In this document: positions 10,472-20,677 of the stretch, piece by piece | Layout of the letters: every line of letters begins with the position of its first letter | Numbering within the stretch: the stretch's first letter is position 1 | NCBI GenBank assembly: GCA_963753345.1 | Contig: CAVWBU010000023.1 | Location: 1 to 64,000, forward strand | Source: an uncultured Fibrobacterota bacterium | GTDB taxonomy: Bacteria; Fibrobacterota; Chitinivibrionia; Chitinivibrionales; FEN-1185 | Direction of reading: 5' to 3' | DNA length: 64,000 nucleotides | Notes under the pieces: model-generated | Seen by the model: the letters and a program-made list of their open reading frames with translations, nothing else | The model's database searches: none | What the model was told of the DNA's origin: nothing | Program-made: the position numbers and the translations under genes

Positions 10472-10521
10472 GCCTCGGCTGGTTTATTACTATTATAATA
10501 AACTAGCCGAGGCAGAGTCAA
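10472..10521 (-). promoter_or_regulatory. sigma70 promoter of the ATPase, overlapped by an 18-bp inverted repeat
   Basis: TTGACT-N18-TATAAT on the minus strand; arms 10472-10489 and 10496-10513 with one mismatch. Confidence 0.7.
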
Positions 10522-10584
10522 GACAAATTTTCTGACTGACAAAAACTGCGTCGTATAAAATGTATTCGGTATACCATTTTCATA

Positions 10585-10620
10585 TTGACAGTAAATATCA
10601 TAAATTGTATATTATCTGTC
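10585..10620 (+). promoter_or_regulatory. sigma70 promoter of the AbiE operon with an overlapping inverted repeat
   Basis: TTGACA (10585)-N17-TATATT (10608); GACAGTAAATAT...ATATTATCTGTC. Confidence 0.72.
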
Positions 10621-10623
10621 GTT

Positions 10624-11232
10624 ATGAATAATCGCGTTGACGACTACCGGCTCATTGAAAAATGGTCTTCCCCCATGGGCGGAGTCTTCTCCCTCAGCGA
10701 TTTGAAAAACCTCTTTAATGAAAAAACCCCGCTGCTTCTGCACCGGAGGGTCCGTGCTCTAGTTATTCTCGGCGTGCTCGCACGCTTCAAACGGGAATTC
10801 TACGTAACGGAAAAATTCAACCTCGAAACACTGTCGCAAAGGCTGTATCCGGATTCGTATATAAGCCTGGGCACTGTTCTGGCGCGCCATCTGTTAATTG
10901 GTTCCATCCCCGCGAAAACCATATACGCTGTAAAAACAGGCCGTAACCGTATTTTCAGTTCCACCGTGGGCAACCTGGTGTATTGCGGCATCGCGCCGCA
11001 TCTGATGTTTGCCTTTGCATATGAAAACGGCATACGGTATGCAACGGCAGAAAAGGCATTTCTTGACACATTGTATTTTTATCAGAAGGGATTCCGCTTT
11101 TCCTTTAATATTTTCGAGGACATAGACGTTTCCCCGTTGGATATGAAGAAGATTCGGGGCCTGCTCAAACGGTACAGGAACCCGAAATTCGTCACCTTTG
11201 TAAAAGGAGTACTCTCTGGCAGACATTCATGA
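10624..11232 (+). CDS. AbiEi-like type IV antitoxin / transcriptional regulator
   Basis: SYISLGTVLARHLLI and ATAEKAFLDTLY motifs; directly upstream of AbiEii. Confidence 0.8.
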   Translation: MNNRVDDYRLIEKWSSPMGGVFSLSDLKNLFNEKTPLLLHRRVRALVILGVLARFKREFYVTEKFNLETLSQRLYPDSYISLGTVLARHLLIGSIPAKTIYAVKTGRNRIFSSTVGNLVYCGIAPHLMFAFAYENGIRYATAEKAFLDTLYFYQKGFRFSFNIFEDIDVSPLDMKKIRGLLKRYRNPKFVTFVKGVLSGRHS

Positions 11233-11245
11233 CACGGAAGGCCTG

Positions 11246-11947
11246 ATGGTCTGGATAATCAACCAGCTTGCCGACAGGTTCGGCAGCCACGCCGTATTAA
11301 AAGGCGGGATGGAGCTGCGGATCGTGGACTGCCCGCGCTTCACCAACGATCTTGATTATGTCTTTATACCGTTTGTCTCGAAGAAAGAAATAAAGGACCG
11401 GATCCTTGAAGCTCTCAGGGAAAACCCGGAGCTTGACGTTTCATGTTCCGTGAACTCGAAATGCATACGATACCTTGTCGCACAGGGAAACATCAAAGTC
11501 CAGGTTGAGGTCAATGTCGCCCTTGAATGCGAAAGCCGGGAAATGAGCACTTCGTCGCTTGCGAAATCGAAAAACCAGCAGGGCAGAATGATCCGCGTCA
11601 TGGATTTTGATTCGGCGCTTGCGCACAAACTCGCGGCGTGGAATGAAAGGGGCCTTGTAAGGGACCTGTATGACGCGTATTATCTGTGCGTGATTTTGCG
11701 GGCAAAACCGGATGTGAAGGTCCTCAAACAACGGCTGGCCCATGTGGAAAGAAGAAAGAAGGGGGCAAAGCCGATGGTGATGAGCATTGATGATTTTATT
11801 GACAACCTCGAATCGGCCGCGCGCGATTTGACGGAGGATACGGTGAAAAACGAGCTCAGGGATTACATGCAGCAGGAGGAACTGGCGGGGCTGGACAGGA
11901 AAATTATCGGGGGAATAAGCAAAGTCGTTGAGTATTTGCGAACGTAG
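11246..11947 (+). CDS. AbiEii/AbiGii nucleotidyltransferase toxin (possible CTG start at 11216 after the AAAGGAG RBS)
   Basis: LKGG, RFTNDLDY and HKLAA...RDLYD motifs. Confidence 0.85.
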   Translation: MVWIINQLADRFGSHAVLKGGMELRIVDCPRFTNDLDYVFIPFVSKKEIKDRILEALRENPELDVSCSVNSKCIRYLVAQGNIKVQVEVNVALECESREMSTSSLAKSKNQQGRMIRVMDFDSALAHKLAAWNERGLVRDLYDAYYLCVILRAKPDVKVLKQRLAHVERRKKGAKPMVMSIDDFIDNLESAARDLTEDTVKNELRDYMQQEELAGLDRKIIGGISKVVEYLRT

Positions 11948-12024
11948 AGGGGCTGCACTCGGGAGGAAGCATCGTCGATAAATTTTGGGGGAAGGTTTAG
12001 ATTAGCAACAAGAATATTATTTGT

Positions 12025-12207
12025 GGGGGAGGTTTACCCCGTCGGGTAATTCCAAGGGTCGTCCCCCTCGCTCCGGCCCGACGCTCATATTTTCAGAGTA
12101 CATCTCATTTCGCGCCGGTCCTCCGCTACCCCCTCCTGGGTGGCCCCCAAGTGGAGACAGTTGCAAGAATCAAGCACCCGTGTGGGGGCACCCACGAAGA
12201 GCGGCTG
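12025..12207 (+). repeat. Solo B module (copy 2)
   Basis: GGGGGAGG...CCCCCTCGCTCCGGCCC...GGTCCTCCGCTACCCCCTCCTGGGT...GGGGGCACCCA. Confidence 0.9.
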
Positions 12208-12230
12208 GAAAAGAAAATAGCCTTCTCATT

Positions 12231-13913
12231 TCATCGTACCACCTTTTCATCCCCGCCTTCCCCAGCCTTCCCCGCCTCCCTCACAAAATACACATACCCG
12301 TACTCCGCCTTTACTTCCTTCAGCTGCGGCAGCTTGCGGTACTGCCACGCCTTGTCTATTCTGCAAACGAAATACGCGGGTTTATCTATCGGGCCGTTGA
12401 TCAGCCAGTCCTCGTCGTAGTCTTTGGGATTGCCCCCGGGTTTCTTCTTTGCATAGAACAGGTCGGCATAGCTCTTGAAAAGCGCCCGTGCATAAACGTC
12501 CTTTCCAGCAACGCTCCGGAATAATTGAATGGGGCCGGCGTCGGTATAGTATTCCATTTTCGGAACAAATGCGATCATTGCTGTCTGAAGACACAGCGCA
12601 GTCGACACAAGAAGCGTCGCGAACCCTGCGCCGAAACGTTTGCGCGAAAGAAGAATTGCCGTTACAATGAGCGCCGCGCCGTATCCTGCACCGATGAGCA
12701 TCTCCGCGTAATGCCAATGGCCCGGATACGTGAGGCAGTCGCGCGCGAACGGATCGTGCACGAGCGGTGTGAGCCACCGGGTGTGCATCATGACAAAAGG
12801 GAACGCCGCGACAGCGGCGGCGACGATCAGGCCGAACGCGACGAGCGATGCGGTGAGCCAGCGGTTCCACGCGAGTTTTCCCGCCATCACCGCGTGCATG
12901 TGATACGCGGCAAGAAAAGTTAGGGGAAAATAGCACAGCGACGAATACAGCACGGTCTTTGTCTTGACAATAGAAAACAGGACCAGCACCACCCAGAATA
13001 CGATAAGCATCCACCGGGTGAACCGCCGCTGTTCTTCGGTTCCTGTCTTGCCGGGAAAAAACGACCGGATGGCCATGAACGACGCGGGAAAACACCCGAA
13101 CAGCAATATCACAAAATGAAACCAGAATGGCCTGCCGTGGCCGGCCGCTCCCGACGTTAACAGCTCCATCTGATATTTGACAAACCTGGTGACGAACCAC
13201 GGCCCGTGCGCCATGGTCTCGGCGCCGTACCAGAGAAGCGCAACAGCCGCACACGTCACGGTGCAGACCACAATTCCTTTCCACGAAATGAACCTTCCGA
13301 AACCGCTTCGTGACGCCCAGTAGACAAACGCGCACAGCACTGCCACGATAACCGCCACCGGTCCCTTGGTGAGGGTCGCACAGCCGAGGAATGCTCCGGC
13401 GAGCGCGAGGAATCCGGCCGCACTCCCTGCTTTTTCATCAGCCATATCACTTTTGTAAAGGAAATAGATGCCGCAGAAAATAAACAGGTTGAACACCGGA
13501 TCGATGATGCCGGACTTGAAGAACAGGTGCGGCAGGAACGAGCCGATAAACGCGCCTGCCCACAACAACCCGAACCTCCTGTCGAACACGCTTCTTCCGA
13601 TGCGATACACCACCAGCAGGGTTGCAATACCGCACAGCGCATTGACAAATCGGGCGGCGAACTCGTTAACGCCGAACACGGCCATAGAAGCGGCCTGCAG
13701 CCAGAAAAACAGCGGCGGCTTTTCCCAGAACGGCTGGAAGTTGATCTGCACCTGGAGAAAATTATGCGTTACAAGCATCTCCCGGGCGGCTTCGGCGAAA
13801 TTGATCTCGTCCCAGTCGAACAGGTGGGCGGCGCCGAGAAAGGGGATAAAGAAGAATATTCCCGCGGTGAGGATAAGGAGCTGGAATAACAGTTCTTTGT
13901 TTTTCGAGTTCAC
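12231..13913 (-). CDS. ArnT/PMT_2-family (GT-C) glycosyltransferase
   Basis: LFDWDEINFAEAAREM, EKPPLFFW, EFAARF and LTKGP motifs; multiple TM segments. Confidence 0.92.
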   Translation of the reverse strand: MNSKNKELLFQLLILTAGIFFFIPFLGAAHLFDWDEINFAEAAREMLVTHNFLQVQINFQPFWEKPPLFFWLQAASMAVFGVNEFAARFVNALCGIATLLVVYRIGRSVFDRRFGLLWAGAFIGSFLPHLFFKSGIIDPVFNLFIFCGIYFLYKSDMADEKAGSAAGFLALAGAFLGCATLTKGPVAVIVAVLCAFVYWASRSGFGRFISWKGIVVCTVTCAAVALLWYGAETMAHGPWFVTRFVKYQMELLTSGAAGHGRPFWFHFVILLFGCFPASFMAIRSFFPGKTGTEEQRRFTRWMLIVFWVVLVLFSIVKTKTVLYSSLCYFPLTFLAAYHMHAVMAGKLAWNRWLTASLVAFGLIVAAAVAAFPFVMMHTRWLTPLVHDPFARDCLTYPGHWHYAEMLIGAGYGAALIVTAILLSRKRFGAGFATLLVSTALCLQTAMIAFVPKMEYYTDAGPIQLFRSVAGKDVYARALFKSYADLFYAKKKPGGNPKDYDEDWLINGPIDKPAYFVCRIDKAWQYRKLPQLKEVKAEYGYVYFVREAGKAGEGGDEKVVR

Positions 13914-13946
13914 AATTGCTCATTTCAATAATTTCAAATTCAAGAC

Positions 13947-14364
13947 TTGGGCGCCCCGCCGCATCGCGGCGGCGGCCCTCCTTTCAGGCTCGGCCTAACG
14001 GCCTCGTTGCCGCCTGCCACAAGGGCTCTTCGAGCCGTGGTCAGGCGGCAATGCGCTCCAGCGCACCTTCCAGTCCGGCCTGGCGCGCGGCAGAGGAAAT
14101 CTATTCAGTCAAGTACCTTCTTGCGCCAGCCGGAATAATTAGACAATCCGTCAAGACTTCTCATTGTCCTGCTGTCAACTGTCAACCGTCAACTTTTCAA
14201 CTCTCTTTCTCGGTGCCCCCTCAGCCGAGGTTTTTTTCTCGCACATCAACCCTCTAGGGGGCTACGCACGAGGGGGTGTGGGTGCGGATCGCCGGCGCCT
14301 CGCATGATATTTAGCTTTGTCAAGAAGGCGCCGGAAGCCGCACCCCAGGGGGAAACTTCCCCCT
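13947..14364 (-). repeat. Bipartite element copy 3: B (14200-14364), heptamer spacer, A (13947-14133)
   Basis: Reverse complement aligns with copies at 20198 and 39568. Confidence 0.9.
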
Positions 14365-14388
14365 CCAAGACAACTTTTTTCATCTATT

Positions 14389-17175
14389 TTAATCTTGATT
14401 TTTAGAAACCGGCCCCCCGGTATCAACCTTCGGCACTGTGTTCGGTAATACTTTTGTCGAATCGCCCTTCTTTTTGAACAGCGAGAAAAACTGCTCAAAC
14501 GGATTGCCGCCCTTCGGCTTTCGCGCAATTGTCCCTCCGTTGACACATTCCATCGAGTCCCTCGGCGTCGCGCGCTTCAAGTACACTTCGTACCTTGTAA
14601 AGAAGCCCTGCGGGCTCGGGACGCCGGCGCGCAGCAGCAAGCCCCTGGTGAGGAACTTGTGCAGCGATTTCCCGTCCCGCGCGCCGGTGTACTTCTGACT
14701 GCATTCGCCGATGCAGGCCACCGTGATGTCCCGCACGTCGGGCGCGCCCGCCGCGCCGGGGAGCCTTGACAAATCCACGCGCAACACCGCGTTCCACAGG
14801 CCGTAGTTGGTCTTTGCCGCCTTTGCGCCCGCGCTCGTCGAACGGCCGGATCACGTCGTCGGTGGTGCCGCTCTTCGCGAAGTTGGACGCCGGACCCGGA
14901 AGCAGCGAGCGTGTTCTTGTCAAAGACATCCTTCTGCTCGAGTCCCGCGGTGTCGGGCGGCGCGACGAATATCGTATACGTCAAGAGCGTCGCTGGCCAC
15001 CAGTCTCTTGTGAAGGCCGAGATAGGTCGGCCGCAAGTTATTGACATCAGCGAACGGATGATACCGCTTCACCGTGTCGCTCAGTTGCACCGTGTCGCCG
15101 TTGAGCACGATGTTGTCGATTACGAGAGACGGGTGATCGGCGGGCCGTTCGACAAGGTCGTTGTTGTACAGCACATTGAACAGGTGCAGCTGCTCGTACA
15201 GCGTGAGCTCGAGCGTGCCGAGCGCCACCGAATACATGCTGTCGGATATGGCCGAGCGCCTGCCGCCCGACCATGTCGAGTCGACCTCGGCGCCCACGAT
15301 GCGGGCGAGCTCCTTGTAAGCGCGCACGCCCGTCGTTGCGGTCATGTGCAGATCGTCCTTGATGCGGTCGAACGCGCCGATGCGGTAGAAGTACTGGACA
15401 AGAGGGAACGCCTCCTTGCTGATGCTTCCGTCCAGTGAGAACAGGGGCCGGTTGAGACGGTACACGGTCTCCACGCCGAGAATGTTGTCCGACGCGTTGA
15501 GCTGGTCGAATATATACCGGCAGCCTTCGAACTCATCGTGGTCGTTGTGCACTTCATAGCCGCGCCCTTTCACCGCGCTGTGCGTGAATATCACGCCCAC
15601 GAGCCTGCCCCGTGCGTCGCGCCGGAACGTGCGCTGCCACGGAACATTGTCGGTGACTTCCACGCTGTCGCTCCAGCGCGCGTACGGCGAAAACGTCCCG
15701 AGGTCGAAATTGAGCGCGTTGAAGATCGGCTTGGCCGTGGACGACCCGTTGGGCGTCCTGTTGCGCAGCAGTCCCGACAAACGCGACCCGATGCGGTCCC
15801 TCGAATAGTATGCGAGCAGCCTGCCGTCCTTCGAATCCATGATCGCGTAGGCATAGTACTGGCCGCCCACGAGAATCGGCCTGCCTCCCATCATGACCAC
15901 CGTGTCGGGCCCGAACCCCCTGGCGTTCACGAGCCGCTCGAGCTCCTTCTGCAGCGGAACGTCTATGGAGAGCCGGATGGTGAGGTTGCCCTTCTTGCGG
16001 ATGAGCGAATTCGGGTTCACGATGTTCATCTGCTCGATCCGCGCGTCCGAGGCGCCGTTTTTTCTGAGCACCGCGCACCAGTATTCGTTGGCGCAGTCGA
16101 CCAGCGCGCCGTAGTCGGTCTGAATCTGCCTCGGTTTCTTGAATGTCAAGTCCCTGATCTCGGACAGCACCTTGCTGCGCCGGGCCGCGTCCCACCCCAG
16201 CGCCGCGCCGATGCGGGGCATGTCCGCGGCGCACTGCGCCGCGATCTTGGGCTTCACGTTGCGGCCCCACTTCACCATGCGCGCAAGGTACACGCATTGC
16301 GCATCAGTCAAGTCCTTCAGGTCCCGCTCAAACAGCGCCCGGCCGATGTCCCTGCAGCCGATGAGGCCGTTGTCGCTCGTGATGCAGTGGTTCAGGTACA
16401 CTTCGATAATGTCCTGGGGCCGGTAGGTCTTGCGCAGGGCGTTGGCGAGCCGCATCTCCCGCAGCTTGCGGTCCATGGTCCTGGACACGCGCCGCTGCCC
16501 GCTCTCGTCGACGTCGGAAATAAACAGCTTGGCCACCTGCTGCGTGATGGTCGAGGTGCCGCGCGGCGGTTTGAGCCTCAGGGAAAGGGCGCTGTGAAGA
16601 GCGCCGAGCGCCGCAGACCGCACGATGCTGCCGTATTCGACGCCCGTGTTGTTCTTCCAGAAATTCGCGTCCTCGGCCGCAACAAGCGCCTTGACAAGTG
16701 TGGACGGGAACTCGGCGAACCGGGCCCTGGTGTGGTTCGTGCGGATGCGCGCGATGTCGCGGTCGGCGCGGTCGGCGATGCGTATTTCGTTCGCATAGGT
16801 CTGCACCGCGTTGAGCCGCGCGATGATCGACAGCGAGGGATAGTCGTTGACAAGCACGCCATCCACGAGGCGGGCGCTGTCTCTTTTCCCCGCGGTGTCG
16901 GCGCCGAGGACCGCGCCCGCCTCGCGCTGCATGGCCTCGTCCTTGAGAACGTCCTGCCATGCCGCGCCGAACTTCGTGGAAAGAAGACCGCGTTTTTCCA
17001 AATCCACAAGTTTTGCGCCCCATTGATCGAAATACCGGTTGAAGGCGTATTGCCCGACAAGGTATGCGGGGTAAACTGCGGCGAGCACGAGCGCGGCAAG
17101 ACAGGCGGCAATGATCAGCAATTTCTTGACAAAAGGGTTTCCCGACTTGTGTGAAGGTCTTTTTTTCTTGGGCAT
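14389..17175 (-). CDS. Bifunctional transglycosylase/transpeptidase-like PBP; about 3 frameshifts at ~14968, ~14908 and ~14825
   Basis: TG motifs AAEDANF and GTSTITQQVAK; TP motifs SSTAK and SDN; KSGT appears in a shifted frame. Confidence 0.75.
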
Positions 17176-17307
17176 GGGAGCCGCGTGTAGGCGGAAAACG
17201 TCGCACCGAATGTGTGTTTGTGCATATGAAAAATACTTCTGCAGGAATTTTCCCGCTACTGGAATGTATTTTTCACCGGTGTTTGTTTCCCTTACACCGG
17301 GCAAATC

Positions 17308-18918
17308 ATGAAAAAAGGCTCACTCCTCCGGATATTCGCAGTCGCACTCCTCTGCGCCTCGTGCGGCAGGCCGGTCATCAAGCAGCAGGAAACCATCCGG
17401 AAAGGCCACGACATTGTAAAGACCGAAAAGGGCGACACGGTCGGGTATGTCGTCTCCTTTCACGATTCCGCGGACAGGAAAAGGTTCGCGCTGTCATTTG
17501 AAAAACTCCTTGACGAATACCCGTTCCGGCGTGACACCCTGGTGCAGAACCGCTATTTCCATCTCGACCTTGCCTCGGCCGTCCGTGCCGGCGCTGAGAC
17601 AAAACCGGCGCCGATCGAGACACTTTTTATGAAAGAAGCCCCGCTCGTTCCGGGACTGCCGGAGAAAACAACGGCCAAGCCTGGCGGCAGCGTCACCTTC
17701 TATTCGCAGCGCGCGTTCCTCGACGAAAAGCTCTCCGAGCTGGTCGAATGCCGCCCCTTCAGCGAAAGCGGCTGTCCCGGCAACGAACGGGGAACCGCAG
17801 GCTATCTCCAGGTGAAGAACGTCTCGGACCGGGAAATAACCCTGGTTCTCACCGACAGGGCAATAACCTCGTCGGGAAAGCACCAGACCTCGTTCGACCT
17901 CGTTAACGCCTGGACCGCGTATGTAAAGGCGCATCCCGCGGAAGGCCTGGCGCTTTTCCTGAATGTAAAGGGACTCGGCGGGTTTATCCGCGGCCAGGAG
18001 GCCGTTATCGTCGGGTTTGCGGTGACCGACGACAGGACCGTGGTCCTCAAGTTCGATCCGCCGGACCCGCGCGGCCTGGCGCGGCTGTGCACGCCGCGGA
18101 TCATGCCCGCCTCCCTCGCCATGGGTCCGTACGCGGTGAAAAGCGAGGCGGGCGGCGCTGCCGCGCTCGTTCCGAACCCGCACTTCCCTGGCGAAAAGGC
18201 CTATCTTTCGTCCTGCACCGTGCGGCTCGGCGGCGACGCAAACCCGATGCTTTCGTTTTCGCTCAACAGATACGACGCGATCATGCTGCATTCGGCCAAG
18301 GACCTCGATTTCGCGCGACACAAGGCGCCCGAGCAGTCGGCCCTTGCCGTTTTTTCCGAGGACCGCTATTTCCTTTCGTGCAACCTTGACAACCCGGCAG
18401 CGCGGCAGGCCGTAAGAAACGCAATCAATCCCCGCGAGATTCTCACCAATTTCGTTAAGGCGGAAGGGACTGTTCTCTCCGCGCTCGAAACCGACAACGC
18501 CGCTCCCGCGCCGCCGGTCGCAGGCGACAAGGGACCAATCCCCGCGGCGCAGCAGATACCGGTGCTTTACAGATCAGACGACCCCGTATCAGCCATCATC
18601 GCCGAGAAGGTTGTCGCCGACCTTACCAGGAACGGACTGTCGGCGTCTCTCAAGGCGGCAACCCAGAAGGAGTACGAGCTGTCGCTTGTCAGGCGCGACT
18701 ACGGGCTTGCCGTGGGATGGGTCCCCTCGAACGTCGTTTCCGACGAAAGCGAAAAACTGCGGCTCTCCACCATGTGGTTTTCCGGCGCGGTTGACGAAAG
18801 CAGCAGGATAGCCGATAATAAAGAGATACCGTTGTTCTCTGTAAAGGAATATTTACTGTGCAGAAGAAAGATCGGGTTCGCAGGTGATGTTGTGCAGGGC
18901 ATATTCGTTGCGGAGTGA
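17308..18918 (+). CDS. Lipoprotein resembling a family-5 ABC substrate-binding protein
   Basis: Lipobox-like LCASC; MGPYAV...LVPNPHF, RQAVRNAINP. Confidence 0.6.
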   Translation: MKKGSLLRIFAVALLCASCGRPVIKQQETIRKGHDIVKTEKGDTVGYVVSFHDSADRKRFALSFEKLLDEYPFRRDTLVQNRYFHLDLASAVRAGAETKPAPIETLFMKEAPLVPGLPEKTTAKPGGSVTFYSQRAFLDEKLSELVECRPFSESGCPGNERGTAGYLQVKNVSDREITLVLTDRAITSSGKHQTSFDLVNAWTAYVKAHPAEGLALFLNVKGLGGFIRGQEAVIVGFAVTDDRTVVLKFDPPDPRGLARLCTPRIMPASLAMGPYAVKSEAGGAAALVPNPHFPGEKAYLSSCTVRLGGDANPMLSFSLNRYDAIMLHSAKDLDFARHKAPEQSALAVFSEDRYFLSCNLDNPAARQAVRNAINPREILTNFVKAEGTVLSALETDNAAPAPPVAGDKGPIPAAQQIPVLYRSDDPVSAIIAEKVVADLTRNGLSASLKAATQKEYELSLVRRDYGLAVGWVPSNVVSDESEKLRLSTMWFSGAVDESSRIADNKEIPLFSVKEYLLCRRKIGFAGDVVQGIFVAE

Positions 18919-18984
18919 GAAATGCGCCGAAATCACGTCTTGTTCCGGAAAATCCATAATCATCAGAACCAAGGATCCACAATC

Positions 18985-20169
18985 ATGATTCAATCGGTCC
19001 GCCGCTGGTTAGCCGTCGCACCAGGTTTCTGCCTTTCCACAATTCTTCTGACTGCCGCGTTTGCCGTTGCAGATGGCGTGCCCCGCACGCTCCGCCTCAC
19101 GTTTTTCGGCTCCAGCACGTGCGGCGAATGCGCGGAAATCAAGACTCAGCTTCTCAAGCCCCTGGAACAGAAGCACGCGGGCAAACTTCGCGTAACGTAC
19201 CGCGACATCGAGGTCGACAAGGACCTCGCCCTGCTCACCGCAATGGAAAAGGGCTATCACGTGAAAACGACCGCGCCGCAGGAGCTTTTCTTCCCGGACA
19301 CCGTGCTTGTCGGATACGACAACATCACAAAGACCGGCGGGCAGCTCATCGAGACCTATCTTTTGCATCCGGAAAAATGGGCCTACGCCCATGCTTACGG
19401 CGACAGCACCATCGACACCATCAGCGCTGCGACCATGATACGCGACAGGATGAAAACGTGGTCGTTTGTTGGCCTGTTCCTCATCGGCTTCGTTGATGGC
19501 GTGAACCCCTGTGCAATCGCCTCCATGATATTCCTCATTTCCTTCCTCGGCACGCAGAACCGGAAGCGCAGCGACGTGCTCAAAATCGGGCTTGCGTTCA
19601 CGGGCATCACCTTCCTCACCTATTTTATGCTTGGGCTGGGCGCCTTCCGCATCCTGTCCCTCATGGACAAATTTTACTGGTTTTCGCTCGCCATCCGCAT
19701 GCTCGCCGTGGGCGTGGCCGTGTGGGTTGCCCTGCTTGCCATATGGGATGCGGTCCACTACTACCGTACAAAAGACACGAGCGAGATGAAGGTCCAGCTG
19801 CCCAAGAGCGTGAAGATGCTTATCCACACCGTGATCCGGGGCAACCTTTCCACCAACAAGATCGTGGTGGGCGCAGTGGTCACCGGGTTCCTTGTCACCC
19901 TTCTCGAAGGTGCGTGCACAGCCAAGATCTACCTTCCGACAATCATGGCCATGACCCACACGTTCGGGTTCCGCCTCATTGGGTGGCTGCTGCTGGTAAT
20001 TTATAATTTCCTCTTTGTCCTGCCTCTGCTCATCGTGCTCACCGCGACAGCCTACGGACTCAAATGGAAAAAACTCTCCTCGTTCCAGCAGCGGCACATG
20101 GTGTTCACCAAGATGCTCCTGGCGCTTGTGATGTTCGGGCTTGCGGCGTTTATAAGTGTCGGAAGATAA
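18985..20169 (+). CDS. Thioredoxin-like (CxxC) domain fused to a CcdA/DsbD-like transmembrane domain
   Basis: CGEC; GFVDGVNPCA; LEGACT. Confidence 0.75.
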   Translation: MIQSVRRWLAVAPGFCLSTILLTAAFAVADGVPRTLRLTFFGSSTCGECAEIKTQLLKPLEQKHAGKLRVTYRDIEVDKDLALLTAMEKGYHVKTTAPQELFFPDTVLVGYDNITKTGGQLIETYLLHPEKWAYAHAYGDSTIDTISAATMIRDRMKTWSFVGLFLIGFVDGVNPCAIASMIFLISFLGTQNRKRSDVLKIGLAFTGITFLTYFMLGLGAFRILSLMDKFYWFSLAIRMLAVGVAVWVALLAIWDAVHYYRTKDTSEMKVQLPKSVKMLIHTVIRGNLSTNKIVVGAVVTGFLVTLLEGACTAKIYLPTIMAMTHTFGFRLIGWLLLVIYNFLFVLPLLIVLTATAYGLKWKKLSSFQQRHMVFTKMLLALVMFGLAAFISVGR

Positions 20170-20197
20170 TACAAGATAAGAAGAAGGTTTCTTTGGT

Positions 20198-20635
20198 GGG
20201 GGAAGTGTCCCCCTAGGGTGCGGCTTCCGGCGCCTCCTTGACAAAGCTGAACAAATGCGCAGGCGCCGGCGATCCGCACCCATACCCCCTCCTGGGTAGC
20301 CCCCTAGAGGAAGCAGTTGCAAGAATCAAGCACCCGCGTGGGGGCACCCGAGGAGAGTAGTTGAAAAGTTGAATAGTTGAATATTAAAGAAGTATTTATG
20401 ATATTGATCTTGAGAATTCCGATTGGCGCAAGAAAAAGCAATTGACTGAATAGAATTCTGTTGCCGCGCGCTAGGTGGACCGGAGTGGTCCCGCCATAGC
20501 GGGATTGCCGCTGACCACGGCCCGCAGGGCCCTCGTGGCAGGCGGCAACGAGGCTGAAGGCCGAGCCCGGAGGGAGACCGGCCCCTTTTATAGAGGCGCA
20601 ATATCTTTCGCCTCTACAAAAGGGGAAACGCCCAA
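20198..20635 (+). repeat. Bipartite element copy 4: B (20198-20363), octamer spacer, A (20419-20635)
   Basis: Full B-spacer-A layout. Confidence 0.92.
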
Positions 20636-20677
20636 CGTTCTTGGTTCAAAGGGAAGTATTTTATCTAAATATCACCC

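Larger units (their letters stand above)
9106..11987. mobile_element. Islet (ATPase + AbiE TA) bounded by a 23-bp direct repeat
   Basis: GGAAGC(G/A)TCGTCGATAAATTTTG at 9106-9128 and 11965-11987; AT-richer interior; no integrase. Confidence 0.6.

Noticed and set aside
20198-20635. The element as a riboswitch, T-box, tRNA, tmRNA, RNase P RNA or simple terminator
   Set aside because: It occurs in convergent 3' regions and once antisense to both neighbours, lacks poly-T tails and the diagnostic motifs, and is multicopy.
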